Shown piece by piece: positions 53,254 through 63,795 of a DNA stretch of 64,000 nt (positions are counted from its first letter, which is position 1; each line of letters begins with the position of its first letter). The translations under genes and the position numbers were made by a program. This DNA comes from an uncultured Dictyoglomota bacterium (lineage in GTDB: Bacteria; Dictyoglomota; Dictyoglomia; Dictyoglomales; Dictyoglomaceae). The stretch spans positions 1 through 64,000 of the forward strand of contig CAZZIO010000065.1 of assembly GCA_964654465.1 (NCBI GenBank), read 5' to 3'. The notes below the pieces were generated by a model. The model did not search any database. It was not told the DNA's origin and was given only the letters and a program-made list of their open reading frames with translations.

Positions 53254-56200
53254 ATGAAAAGAAAAAATATATTTCTTTTATTTCTCCTTATTATACTTAT
53301 ATTTCAAGTCTCTGCTCAACAAAAAGCAGATCCTAAAATATTATGGAGCGCCATCTTAGATGAAAATTTTAACTATGTAAAAAACTTAGAGACTGATGAT
53401 TTTAATACAAACATAGCAAAAGCTTTAATTTTTTTATTAGAAGATAACTTTACAGAATCCTGGAATTACTGGAAAAAAGCACTTCAAATAAATTCTTCCT
53501 CTTATTGGCATGACATCATAGGACTTCTTGGAGAAGGTGCTTGGGAGAATTTAGGGATATTTAAAGAAATTCCCATTATCTTAAAAGATAAAAAAAACCT
53601 TTCTCCTTTCATGGAAAATTTATATTGGAAATCTTTGCTTTCTCAACAAAAGATAAAAGAAATCTATAATTATGCAAGAAGTAAAGGCTTTATTACTGAT
53701 TTTCTTTTCATCGGCCCTTTTGAAAATGTAGGAAATTCTGGATTATATAAAGAATTTCCACCTGAAAAAGAGATTTTGCTAAATCAAAAGTATAAAGGAA
53801 AAAATGGCATAGAAATTAATTGGTTTAAGCCTATGGAAAAAAGTATAAATGGTTATATCAACCTTTATAATTTGTTCTATCCTAATAAATGGAGTACTGC
53901 TTATGCTCTTTGTTATATTTTTATGCCCAAAAGCCAAGAAGTATTAATTAAAATAGGTTCGCCAAATTCCTATAAATTATTTATAGATGACTCTTTTATC
54001 TATAGCATAGAAACAGAAAGACGAAACTTGTTTGACCAAGAGATTATAAAAATTTACTTACCTTTAGGTTGGCATAAATTATTAATTAAAATTTCTAATA
54101 CTATGGGTCCTTTTGGATTTTATTTAGGGATCACCAATGAAAAGAATGAACCTATATCTGGAATAAAGATATCTGAGAATATTCAGAATTATATAAAAAG
54201 GAATTTGTCCTGGGTAAAAATAATCCCACAAAAAGACTTTATCAGAGAATCATCATTATCTGAGATATTTTATTCTTTTTACGGATTTCTTTTAGGTACC
54301 TATTATGGATATAGTGATGCTGGAGAAGAATTTTTAGAAAGAGCAGAAAAAATAAAACCTAAATCCTCATTAATAAAGTTTTTAAAAGGCAAGCTTGAAT
54401 ATGAACTTGGAAACTTAGAAACTGCTAAAAAATATATGGACATTGCCTATAAGGGTAACAGAGACATAAAACTCTCTGCATATTACTTATCTCTCTACAA
54501 CTTAAATTATGGAAGATATGAGGATGCCATAAAGATAATTAAAGAAAATATACACGATAATTCATTCCTTTTAAGATCTCTACTCTCAAGAATCTTCATA
54601 TCACTATCGTGGGAAAAAGAAGTAAATTCAAACGTTAATACATTATCATCTAAATATCCAAACTCTATAGAAACATTATTTTTAATTGGAAAATATTATG
54701 AGATAAAGGAAATTAAAGATAAGGCTATAGATTATTATCAAAAAGCATTATCTATAGACACTGAAAATTGGGAGATGTTTTTAACATTATATAACTTAGC
54801 CGATGAACTAAATCGAATTGATATCTTAGAAAATTTATTAGATATAGCCTTAGAAAAAGATCCAACAAGCACTTGGGCGTACTTAGAAAAGATAAGATTA
54901 TACATGATTAGGGGAGACAAAGAGAAAGCATTTTCCATATTAGAAAGAGTTGAAAAAATCTCCTATCAATATCCTGAAACCTATCTATACAAAGGAAAAC
55001 TTTATTTAGAAGATAATGACGAAAAAGCCATAGAACTTTTCGAAAGAACCCTTCAATTAAATCCATATTTTACAAATTTAAGAATCTATATAAACCATCT
55101 GAAAAGAGAAGAATATAATCTCCCTGATGTTTCTTCTTATTTAGAATCAAAAATTCCAGAAGAATATTTAGAATATCCAGCTGTAATCTTATTAGATCAA
55201 AAAGAAAGAACTTTTTTTAATGATGGAACTTCAAGGATGATTTATCATAAATTAATTAAAATTCTTAAAAACTCAGCAAAAGACAAATATGGCGAAATTC
55301 AAATAGACTACGATTCAAGCTTTGAGAGAGTAAGAATATTAAGGGCAAGAACAATAAAACCAAACGGTGATGAAATTGAAGTCTCAACAATACAGGATTT
55401 TCCAATACTTAGTGATTACCCTCTTTATACTGATGAAAGAAAAATTGTTCTCTCATATCCAGGAATTGAAAAAGGAGCTATCTTAGAGTGTCTATACATG
55501 GTAGAAGAATACACTGGTGGGATATATGGTAAAAACTTTCAAGATATCTTTTTCTTTCAAAACGAGATACCTTCATTATACAGTAGATTCATATTAAAGA
55601 TTCCAAAGGATTTAGAGATAAAATATACCTTTTATAATGGTAACAAAGAACCTAACATAGAAGAAGATAAGAAATGGAAAACATACAAATGGGAAATGGA
55701 AAAACTTCCTGCTATAATAGAAGAACCACTTATGCCTAAAGTAATAGATCTAATACCTCAAGTATGGATAACCACATTCAAAGATTGGGAACAATTAGCA
55801 GATCTTTATTATTCCTTAGCTTACCCTCAAATTAGAGCTGATAAGGCAATTAAAGAAAAGGTTAAAGAATTAATATTAGGTTTGAAAAAAGAAGAAGACA
55901 AAATAAAAGCTATATACTATTATGTAACGTCAGAAATAAGATATGTTGGATTAGAATTTGGTATTGGAGGAATTATGCCTCATAGTGCTCCCAGCATATT
56001 TAGAGAAAAATATGGTGATTGTAAAGATAAGGCAATACTGCTCATTACTATGCTTCAAGAAGCAGGAATAGAAGCGTATTATACTCTCGTAAACACCAGA
56101 TATTCCATATCTTTTAAGAAAGAAATACCTGCTTTTCAGTTTGATCATGCTATAGTAGCTGTACCTCTAAATAATAATTTTATTTTCCTTGATGGAACAG

Positions 56201-56940
56201 CTGAAAATACACCTTTTGGAGAAGTACCATACATGGATCAAGGAGCAGATGTTATGATTATAAAAGACGAAAAACCAGTATTTACAAAAATTCCCATGAG
56301 CAAACCTGAAGAAAACGCAAAAGATTTTAAGACAGAAATTATTTTTGAAAATGGCAAGGCTTTAATGAAAACTACATTATCTTTTAAAGGCTATTTTGCA
56401 ACTTATTTTCGTTGGTTATTAGATAGTCTATCTTATGAGGAAAAGGAAAATCTTATATCCTACTTAATAAACAATACTTATCCCGGCTCTTATCTTACTT
56501 CTTGGAATATTGAAAATCTATATAATTTAGAAGCCCCTCTAAGGATAAATGTCCAATATTATAATAGCCAGCTTCTAAAAAATAATAAATATACATATAT
56601 ATATTCCCCATTCATTACAAAAATAGAGAAGGCTGAAGAAATATTTAAAGAAGAAAGAATATACCCCATCCAATACTACCTTCCATACGAGGAAAAAGAA
56701 TTAATAACCATTAATTTGTCCTCTATTAATAAAATCCCTGAAAATATATTGGAAAATGTAAATATAGAGAATCCTTGGATAACCTACACGAGAAAATGTT
56801 ACTGGGAAGGAAAGAATATTCTAATTGAAAGAAACTTCAAACTAAAAGAGATATTTATCCCCACTGAGAATTATAAAGAATACAAGAAAACAATCGAGGA
56901 AATTATAGACAGAGATAACGAAATACTAATATTAAGATAA
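53254..56940 (+). CDS. Large exported TPR + DUF3857 + transglutaminase-like protein
   Basis: Signal peptide, IGPF domain, TPRs, YGDCKDKA...FDHAI...LDGT triad. Confidence 0.85.
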   Translation: MKRKNIFLLFLLIILIFQVSAQQKADPKILWSAILDENFNYVKNLETDDFNTNIAKALIFLLEDNFTESWNYWKKALQINSSSYWHDIIGLLGEGAWENLGIFKEIPIILKDKKNLSPFMENLYWKSLLSQQKIKEIYNYARSKGFITDFLFIGPFENVGNSGLYKEFPPEKEILLNQKYKGKNGIEINWFKPMEKSINGYINLYNLFYPNKWSTAYALCYIFMPKSQEVLIKIGSPNSYKLFIDDSFIYSIETERRNLFDQEIIKIYLPLGWHKLLIKISNTMGPFGFYLGITNEKNEPISGIKISENIQNYIKRNLSWVKIIPQKDFIRESSLSEIFYSFYGFLLGTYYGYSDAGEEFLERAEKIKPKSSLIKFLKGKLEYELGNLETAKKYMDIAYKGNRDIKLSAYYLSLYNLNYGRYEDAIKIIKENIHDNSFLLRSLLSRIFISLSWEKEVNSNVNTLSSKYPNSIETLFLIGKYYEIKEIKDKAIDYYQKALSIDTENWEMFLTLYNLADELNRIDILENLLDIALEKDPTSTWAYLEKIRLYMIRGDKEKAFSILERVEKISYQYPETYLYKGKLYLEDNDEKAIELFERTLQLNPYFTNLRIYINHLKREEYNLPDVSSYLESKIPEEYLEYPAVILLDQKERTFFNDGTSRMIYHKLIKILKNSAKDKYGEIQIDYDSSFERVRILRARTIKPNGDEIEVSTIQDFPILSDYPLYTDERKIVLSYPGIEKGAILECLYMVEEYTGGIYGKNFQDIFFFQNEIPSLYSRFILKIPKDLEIKYTFYNGNKEPNIEEDKKWKTYKWEMEKLPAIIEEPLMPKVIDLIPQVWITTFKDWEQLADLYYSLAYPQIRADKAIKEKVKELILGLKKEEDKIKAIYYYVTSEIRYVGLEFGIGGIMPHSAPSIFREKYGDCKDKAILLITMLQEAGIEAYYTLVNTRYSISFKKEIPAFQFDHAIVAVPLNNNFIFLDGTAENTPFGEVPYMDQGADVMIIKDEKPVFTKIPMSKPEENAKDFKTEIIFENGKALMKTTLSFKGYFATYFRWLLDSLSYEEKENLISYLINNTYPGSYLTSWNIENLYNLEAPLRINVQYYNSQLLKNNKYTYIYSPFITKIEKAEEIFKEERIYPIQYYLPYEEKELITINLSSINKIPENILENVNIENPWITYTRKCYWEGKNILIERNFKLKEIFIPTENYKEYKKTIEEIIDRDNEILILR

Positions 56941-56945
56941 AAATT

Positions 56946-57575
56946 TCATTTTACAAATCTAACCTCTATGTTTCTTACCTCTGGTATCTTTCTTAGATTT
57001 TCCTCTATTTCTTGTTTTATATGACTCTTGAAAGAATCATCATCAGATAGTAAAAGTTCTATAATTATATCTCCTTCCTCAGTAATTTTTAAATAATTGA
57101 GCAACTTTAGACTAATAATATCCATGGAAATACTCGGATAAACAATCTTAGAAAGAACCTCTATAATCTCTTTTTCATTTAAAACTGAAGAAGTATTTTT
57201 TTCTCCCAAATAATTTTTTATTGCCGACTTTAATCCATCGACAGCTAAAACAGAACAATGCATTTTTACCGGAGGCAATCCTCCAAGAGCCTCTGCCACA
57301 TCTTTCCAGGTAATTTTTAAGGCTTCTTCTATAGTCTTTCCTTTTACCATCTCTGTCATCATAGAGCCTGTTGCAATATTGGAAGCACAACCGAAAGATT
57401 GAAACCTTATGTCTGTAATTATATTTGTATTTTTATCTACCTTAATATAAACAGCAATCTGATCACCACAAGCAGGACTTCCCTCTATAGCAAACCCATC
57501 AGGATTTTCTATAATCCCTACATTTCTTGGATTTCTAAAATGCTCTAAAACAATATCAGAATATTTTAAATTCAA
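56946..57575 (-). CDS. iscU: IscU/NifU Fe-S scaffold with C-terminal DUF59-like domain
   Basis: HFRNPRNVG, ACGD, FGCAS, LPPVKMHC; TTG start with AGGAGG RBS. Confidence 0.9.
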   Translation of the reverse strand: MNLKYSDIVLEHFRNPRNVGIIENPDGFAIEGSPACGDQIAVYIKVDKNTNIITDIRFQSFGCASNIATGSMMTEMVKGKTIEEALKITWKDVAEALGGLPPVKMHCSVLAVDGLKSAIKNYLGEKNTSSVLNEKEIIEVLSKIVYPSISMDIISLKLLNYLKITEEGDIIIELLLSDDDSFKSHIKQEIEENLRKIPEVRNIEVRFVK

Positions 57576-57598
57576 CTTAATTTATTTCCTCCTTTTCC

Positions 57599-57687
57599 TA
57601 CTTTTTTAGTATATTTTCAAAATATATTTTATAACATAAAAATACTTTTGACAACAATTATCATATAATTTATACTATTTTAGTATA
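57599..57687. promoter_or_regulatory. Divergent iscU/nifS control region with two TACT-N5-AGTA palindromes (Rrf2/IscR-like)
   Basis: TACT-ttttt-AGTA (57599-57611) and TATACT-atttt-AGTATA (57671-57687); TTGACA (57648-57653), 17 bp, TATACT. Confidence 0.6.
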
Positions 57688-57706
57688 TTTTAGGAGGTAA
57701 ATTTAC

Positions 57707-58882
57707 ATGAAAAGAGAAGTATATTTAGATTATGCAGCTACCACTCCTATAAGACCTGAAGTCTTTCAGGCTATGAAACCATATCTAACAAAAGAATTTG
57801 GAAATCCATCCAGTATCCATCATTTCGGAAGACAAGCAAGAATTGCTATAGAGGAAGCGAGAGAAAAAATTGCTAAGGCTTTAGGAGCAAAAAATGAGGA
57901 GATTATATTTACCAGTGGGGGAACAGAATCCAATAATATGGCTCTAAAAGGAGTAGCATATGCCCTCTCTCATAAAGGAAAACATGTAATTACATCCTCG
58001 ATAGAACATCATGCCATATTAGAACCATGTCATTTCTTAGAGAAACTTGGATTTGAGATAACCTATTTGCCAGTTGATAAAGAAGGATTTATTGATCCAG
58101 ATTCATTAAAAAAGGCAATAAGAAAAGATACTATCCTAATTTCCATAATGCATGCCAATAACGAAATCGGCACAATTGAACCAATAGAGGAACTTACAAA
58201 AATTGCTAAAGAATATGAAATATATTTTCATACTGATGCAGTGCAAACAGTTGGCCATATACCTGTAAATGTAGATAAATTAGGAGTTGATCTATTATCC
58301 ATCTCTGCCCATAAATTTTATGGCCCAAAAGGAATTGGAGCACTATATATAAGAAAAGGGACAAAAATACACCCTTTTATTCATGGTGGAGAGCAAGAAC
58401 AAAGAAAAAGAGCAGGTACCGAAAATGTAGCAGGTATTGTAGGAATGGGTAAAGCTATTGAAATCTCAATTTTAGAGCTTGATAAAGAGAGAGAAAGATT
58501 AATCAATCTTAGAGACTATTTTATAAAAGAAATAGAAAAACGAATAGAGGATGTATATCTTAATGGACCAAGAGAGAAAAGACTACCTAATAATATAAAT
58601 TTTAGTTTCGCCTATATAGAAGGTGAATCCATACTTCTTAATTTAGATTTAGAAGGGATAGCTGTATCTACAGGTTCAGCTTGCAGTTCTGCTTCCCTTG
58701 AACCATCCCATGTCCTTTCAGCTATAGGACTTCCGATAGAACTTGCTCATAGTGCAGTAAGGTTTACCTTAGGATACTATACTACAAAGGAAGATTTAGA
58801 CTATACTTTAGAAGTATTAGAAAAAACTGTAAAAAGATTGAGGGATATATCACCATATAAACAAGGATGGAAAATAAAATAG
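57707..58882 (+). CDS. nifS: Cysteine desulfurase, NifS/IscS type
   Basis: YLDYAATTP, GNPSS, GGTESNN, HTDAVQ, SAHKFYGPKG, STGSACSS. Confidence 0.96.
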   Translation: MKREVYLDYAATTPIRPEVFQAMKPYLTKEFGNPSSIHHFGRQARIAIEEAREKIAKALGAKNEEIIFTSGGTESNNMALKGVAYALSHKGKHVITSSIEHHAILEPCHFLEKLGFEITYLPVDKEGFIDPDSLKKAIRKDTILISIMHANNEIGTIEPIEELTKIAKEYEIYFHTDAVQTVGHIPVNVDKLGVDLLSISAHKFYGPKGIGALYIRKGTKIHPFIHGGEQEQRKRAGTENVAGIVGMGKAIEISILELDKERERLINLRDYFIKEIEKRIEDVYLNGPREKRLPNNINFSFAYIEGESILLNLDLEGIAVSTGSACSSASLEPSHVLSAIGLPIELAHSAVRFTLGYYTTKEDLDYTLEVLEKTVKRLRDISPYKQGWKIK

Positions 58883-58937
58883 TAATTTATTTTTATGATA
58901 AAATAATAAAGAATTTTCAAGCTTATAAGGAGAAACA

Positions 58938-60008
58938 ATGGAAAATAGAATAAAAGCTCGATTAAGAAAACATGATTTTGTCATTAAAATGATAGAAGAA
59001 TTTCTTATAGAAGATATTAAAAAACTTGCTGAAATAATTGTAGATGGATATAAAAAAGGCAACAAAGTTATATTATTTGGAAATGGTGGCAGTGCCGCTG
59101 ATGCCCAACATATTACCGCAGAACTTGTAGGAAGATTTCTAAAAGAGAGACGTGGTATTCCAGCTATTTCATTAACCACAAATACTTCTAATCTTACATC
59201 TATATCTAATGATTATGGCTTTGAAGAGGTATATGCAAGACAAATAGAAGCTATAATGAATAAAGGAGATATTGTTATAGGAATAACAACATCTGGAGAC
59301 TCACCTAATATTATAAAAGGATTAGAAAAGGCAAGAGAACTTGGAGGATATACAGTTGCTTTAACAGGAAAGAACGGAGGAAAAGTTATAAATTTTGCCC
59401 ACTTTTCCATAATTGTACCTTTTCATATGACTCCTCATATTCAAGAAGCCCATATAACTATTGGTCATATTCTATGTGACCTGATAGAAGAAGCATTATT
59501 TCCATCAAAAAAGGTTGCTTGTTTCTTAGATAGAGATGGAACAATTAATATAGACAAGGGTTATGTCCATAAGATAGAAGATTTGGAACTTATTCCTGGA
59601 GTTATAGAAGCTTTAAAACTTTTACAAAAAAAGTTCCTTCTGATAATTGTTACCAATCAATCAGGAGTTGAAAGAGGCTACTATACGAAAGAAGATGTAG
59701 AAAGGTTTCATAGATATCTATATTACATCCTTTCTAAGGAAGGAGTATATATAGATGATTTTTATTATTGTCCCTATCTGGAAGGAGAATGTAGAAAACC
59801 AAATCCAGGTATGCTGTTAGAAGCAGCAAAAGATTGGAATATAGATCTCAAAAATTCTTATATGATTGGGGATAAAACAAGTGATATTGAAGCTGGTAAA
59901 AATGCAGGCTGTAAAGCCATAATTATAGGAAAAGAGGATGTAACTGCTGATTACTCTGCTAAAAACTTGATGGAGGCTGCAAAATGGATCTTAAATCAAG
60001 ACTCATAG
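58938..60008 (+). CDS. gmhA: Fused phosphoheptose isomerase (GmhA) / heptose 1,7-bisphosphate phosphatase (GmhB)
   Basis: GNGGSAADAQH, SNDY, TTSG, IQEAH; then FLDRDGT, VTNQSG, CRKP, MIGD. Confidence 0.93.
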   Translation: MENRIKARLRKHDFVIKMIEEFLIEDIKKLAEIIVDGYKKGNKVILFGNGGSAADAQHITAELVGRFLKERRGIPAISLTTNTSNLTSISNDYGFEEVYARQIEAIMNKGDIVIGITTSGDSPNIIKGLEKARELGGYTVALTGKNGGKVINFAHFSIIVPFHMTPHIQEAHITIGHILCDLIEEALFPSKKVACFLDRDGTINIDKGYVHKIEDLELIPGVIEALKLLQKKFLLIIVTNQSGVERGYYTKEDVERFHRYLYYILSKEGVYIDDFYYCPYLEGECRKPNPGMLLEAAKDWNIDLKNSYMIGDKTSDIEAGKNAGCKAIIIGKEDVTADYSAKNLMEAAKWILNQDS

Positions 60009-60985
60009 AAATTATTAAATCATGGAAAGGGAAAAAAATAGCAGTCATTGGGGATGTAATGTTAGATGAATACATAATAGGAAAAATTGAGAGAATTTCA
60101 CCAGAAGCTCCCGTTCCCATATTAGAAGTTGAAGAAGAAAGACATGTATTAGGAGGAGCAGCAAATGTGGCAAACAATATTAAAGCTTTAAGTGGGGAAC
60201 CTATTCTTTTTGGGGTTATTGGAGAAGATCACGGAGGAGAAAAAATTATAAATCTTCTTTCTAATAAAAATATAAAACATATATTAATTACAGATAAAGG
60301 AAGACCTACTACATTAAAAACAAGACTTATAGCTTTAAATCAACAAATAGTAAGAATGGACCGAGAGAAAAAATACCCAATAAATAATTATATACAGGAA
60401 AAACTCATATCAAAGTTTAAAAAACATATAAATGAAATAGATCTTATAATCCTATCCGATTATGCAAAGGGGGTCTTAACCCCAGAGACAACCCAAAAAA
60501 TAATAAATATAGCCAAATCTAATAATAAAGAGGTAATTGTAGACCCTAAAGGAAAAGATTTTTCCAAATATGAAAATGCCACCCTTATCACTCCAAATGA
60601 GAAAGAAGCAAAAATCGCTACAAATATGGAGGAAGAATGGGATTTAATTAAAGGTGCCCAAAAACTCATGGAGATAATTAAAGGAAAAGGAATAGTTATA
60701 ACAAGAGGAGAAAGAGGAATCTTTCTTTTAGAGAATGATAAATTTTTTGAAATTCCTGCCTTAAAATCTGAAGTAAGAGATGTAACAGGGGCTGGAGACA
60801 CTGTTATATCCGCTCTATCATTAAGTTTATCCGCAGGTACAGATATCCTTTCTGCATGTATAATTGCTAATTTTGCCGCAGGCTGTGTAGTGAGAAAATT
60901 TGGTACAAGCACCTTATCAACTGATGAACTAATCGCAATAATACCTGAAAAAATTGAAATTAAGAATAACCATGTTATCTTCTGA
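59984..60985 (+). CDS. rfaE1: Heptose 7-phosphate kinase (RfaE domain I)
   Basis: GDVMLD, RISPEAPVP, LGGAANVA, SDYAKG, DVTGAGD. Confidence 0.93.
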   Translation: MDLKSRLIEIIKSWKGKKIAVIGDVMLDEYIIGKIERISPEAPVPILEVEEERHVLGGAANVANNIKALSGEPILFGVIGEDHGGEKIINLLSNKNIKHILITDKGRPTTLKTRLIALNQQIVRMDREKKYPINNYIQEKLISKFKKHINEIDLIILSDYAKGVLTPETTQKIINIAKSNNKEVIVDPKGKDFSKYENATLITPNEKEAKIATNMEEEWDLIKGAQKLMEIIKGKGIVITRGERGIFLLENDKFFEIPALKSEVRDVTGAGDTVISALSLSLSAGTDILSACIIANFAAGCVVRKFGTSTLSTDELIAIIPEKIEIKNNHVIF

Positions 60986-61466
60986 TAGAAAAATTAAAAA
61001 AATTGAAGAACTAAAAGATGTCATCGACATTCACAAAAATCAAGGGAAAATAATAGTCTTTACTAATGGTTGTTTTGAAATTTTACATCCTGGTCACATA
61101 AAACTTTTAGAAGAGGCCAAAAATTATGGTGACATTCTCGTAGTGGGTATAAATAGTGATGAGTCTGTTAAAAGAATAAAAGGAGAAAAGAAATTAATAT
61201 TTGATGAAAAAAGTAGATTAAAAATCATCTCAGCATTAGAATGTGTTGATTATGTTACTCTTTTCAATGAAAATACACCAGAAAATTTAATAGAAATTAT
61301 AAAGCCTCATATACATGTAAAAGGAGGAGACTATAAAGAAGAAGAATTACCTGAAGCAAAAATTGTTAAAGAATATGGAGGAAAAATAATAATTCTACCT
61401 ATATTAGAAGATTTCTCTACTACCCAAATAATCCAAAAAATTCTAACTCTCTATAAGAATCATTAA
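60972..61466 (+). CDS. rfaE2: Heptose 1-phosphate adenylyltransferase (RfaE domain II)
   Basis: FTNGCFEILHPGH, NSDESV, KGGDY, STT. Confidence 0.92.
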   Translation: MLSSDRKIKKIEELKDVIDIHKNQGKIIVFTNGCFEILHPGHIKLLEEAKNYGDILVVGINSDESVKRIKGEKKLIFDEKSRLKIISALECVDYVTLFNENTPENLIEIIKPHIHVKGGDYKEEELPEAKIVKEYGGKIIILPILEDFSTTQIIQKILTLYKNH

Positions 61467-63794
61467 TTTTTCCCATACTAAATCAACTGTAATATCCATA
61501 CAAGATAAGTCATCACAAACTTTATTTCTCTTATCCCATAGACATGGCTCACAAGGAAGGTCTATTTTAGCTATTTGAAATTTAGGATCATCTGGAACAA
61601 TCTCTTTAGGATTAGTAGGTCCAAATAGGGCGACTAAAGGTTTCTTCAATGCTACACCTAAGTGTAGAGGAGCCGAATCCAAACATATCATAGCCTTACT
61701 AAAATATATCCACCCTATAAATTCATCCAAACCATCAGGTAATATAAACAATCCATCTTTTATTAATTTTTTTAACTCTTCTATCGTTTCTTCTTCATCT
61801 GGACCATAAACAATTACATACGGAAGTTCTTTTTGATTTAATTTTTCAATCAATTCTTTCCATTTTTCAGGAGCCCACCTTCTATCTATACCTCTTCTAA
61901 TACTCATCTTACTAATTCCAGGATGTATTAATATATAAGAGAAAGGTTCTAAAGAGTACTTTATGAGTTTATTTTTTACTCTATCTTTTATACTCTCTGG
62001 TATATCTATCTCAGGCAACGAGAATTCTAAATTCTCATCTAATACTTTTAAAAGCCTAAAATGAACCTTCCCCATATACTCATTTCTTGTAGAAGAAGCC
62101 TTATGGGTATATAAAAAGCTCAAAGGATTTTCCATATAACCTACCCTAATAGGAGCTCCTACAAAATACATAAAGATAGGGATAAAAGGAGATTTTCCTG
62201 TAGATATACTCAAATCATAAGATTCTCTTCTTAATTTTGCCATAAGATATAATGTTTTAGAAAAAGAAAGTTTTTCCTTTGGATTGAATTCCTCTACATC
62301 CATTCCAAGAATATCAAATATTTTTCTTCCTCTTCTCTCAGTTATAATCTTCAACCTTTGAGGATTACATCTCTGAATAACCCCTTTAACCACTGGAAGG
62401 AATAAAATTTGATCTCCTAAACCTCCTAAATTAAATAAAAGCACCTTTTTTATTTTTCCATCATATTCAAAAAGATTTAAGAGAATAGCTACAGAAAACC
62501 AAAACATTATTTGAGGGTAAGGCCTATACCATATAGTATCTACAATTCCATGAAAAAGAGGAGCAGTAATAGATGAAATAGCTGATATACCCAATATTTT
62601 ATGTTTCAGATCCCATGTAGAGTATTTTATGAAAAATCTCCTATAAAGATAATAGATCATAAGAAGAAAAACAATAAGGGCTAATATACCACCTTCTATT
62701 CCAATTTCTAAAAATAAGTTATAAGAAGCAAGGGCAGTAAATTTAGGCTCCATATAGAAAGCATACACTCTTCTAAAAACGTCATTACCTAAACCTATAC
62801 CAGTCCAAAAGAAATCCTTAAAAATCTTAAAAGAACGTTCCCAAATTACAATTCTGGTCGCATTAGAAGAGTGTCCCCAAAGGGTAAAAGCAGAGAGAAT
62901 CCTTTTTTGAAAATAAGAGGACTGGGAGAAAATTCCTACACTAGCCAGTATTACAACAAACAAAAACATCAATAAAATTTTCCTTATATTTCTATTTGCT
63001 ACCATATAAATTATCTTTAATATCATTATAAAATATAAAGCCATAGATACCAAAAAACCCAAGTATGCTCCTCTTGAATATGTCCAAATAATAGAAAGAA
63101 AAGTTAAAATAGCAGTAATTACAGAAATACTCTTTAAGCTAAATATATAAATTGTAGATAATATAAAAGGCATAACTCCTATTAAATAACCACCTAAGAG
63201 ATTAGGGTTTAGGAGAGTACCATAAACTCTTGTCACTTTCTCTCCCACAAACTCCACATCTTCCCATCCAGCTAATGGTGGGACTTTAATTATCCACTGA
63301 TAAAGACAATATAAAGAAAGGAAGAACGTAGAAAGAAGAATAGAAAAGAAAGCTCTCTTTATTTTCTCATCATCTTTAAAAACATCTTTAAAGACTAAGA
63401 ATATGGCAAAATAAACTAAAAACTTTAAATACCCATTAATGGCTGGTATAAGATAAGGAGAAAAGAAAGTTGCAACAAGATTTATAAGAAGAAAAATCAC
63501 ATATATAATAACAAAGGAATTTAAACTTTCAAAAAATTTTTTATCCTTTGAAAGAAAAGTATCAAGAAACCATAAGAAGAAAGCAATAAATATTCCTATA
63601 GCAATTTTTCCAGATGATAAAAAAGGAATAAGAAAGAGAAAAAGATATAGATAATATTCAAGAACAAAAGAGATAAGGGGGAAAGAAAAAGATTCAGAGA
63701 TAACTTTATCAGTTATATCCTTTATAAATAATTCTGCTTTGTTTAATATATAAAAAAGAAAACTTTTTCTCCAAATATCTAAAAGCCTCTCCAT
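61443..63794 (-). CDS. IctB-like O-antigen ligase family membrane domain fused to glycosyltransferase family 9
   Basis: TRVYGTLLNPNLLGGYL, TYSRG, SSNATR..IW, GIGLGN, VDTIWYRP; then GGLGD, IHPG, DSAPLHL, LFGPT, CEPC...CM. Confidence 0.85.
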   Translation of the reverse strand: MERLLDIWRKSFLFYILNKAELFIKDITDKVISESFSFPLISFVLEYYLYLFLFLIPFLSSGKIAIGIFIAFFLWFLDTFLSKDKKFFESLNSFVIIYVIFLLINLVATFFSPYLIPAINGYLKFLVYFAIFLVFKDVFKDDEKIKRAFFSILLSTFFLSLYCLYQWIIKVPPLAGWEDVEFVGEKVTRVYGTLLNPNLLGGYLIGVMPFILSTIYIFSLKSISVITAILTFLSIIWTYSRGAYLGFLVSMALYFIMILKIIYMVANRNIRKILLMFLFVVILASVGIFSQSSYFQKRILSAFTLWGHSSNATRIVIWERSFKIFKDFFWTGIGLGNDVFRRVYAFYMEPKFTALASYNLFLEIGIEGGILALIVFLLMIYYLYRRFFIKYSTWDLKHKILGISAISSITAPLFHGIVDTIWYRPYPQIMFWFSVAILLNLFEYDGKIKKVLLFNLGGLGDQILFLPVVKGVIQRCNPQRLKIITERRGRKIFDILGMDVEEFNPKEKLSFSKTLYLMAKLRRESYDLSISTGKSPFIPIFMYFVGAPIRVGYMENPLSFLYTHKASSTRNEYMGKVHFRLLKVLDENLEFSLPEIDIPESIKDRVKNKLIKYSLEPFSYILIHPGISKMSIRRGIDRRWAPEKWKELIEKLNQKELPYVIVYGPDEEETIEELKKLIKDGLFILPDGLDEFIGWIYFSKAMICLDSAPLHLGVALKKPLVALFGPTNPKEIVPDDPKFQIAKIDLPCEPCLWDKRNKVCDDLSCMDITVDLVWEKLMILIES

Positions 63795-63795
63795 A

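Noticed and set aside
61443-63794. Annotation as bicarbonate transporter (legacy IctB name)
   Set aside because: Family membership, GT9 fusion and heptose-gene context point to glycan assembly
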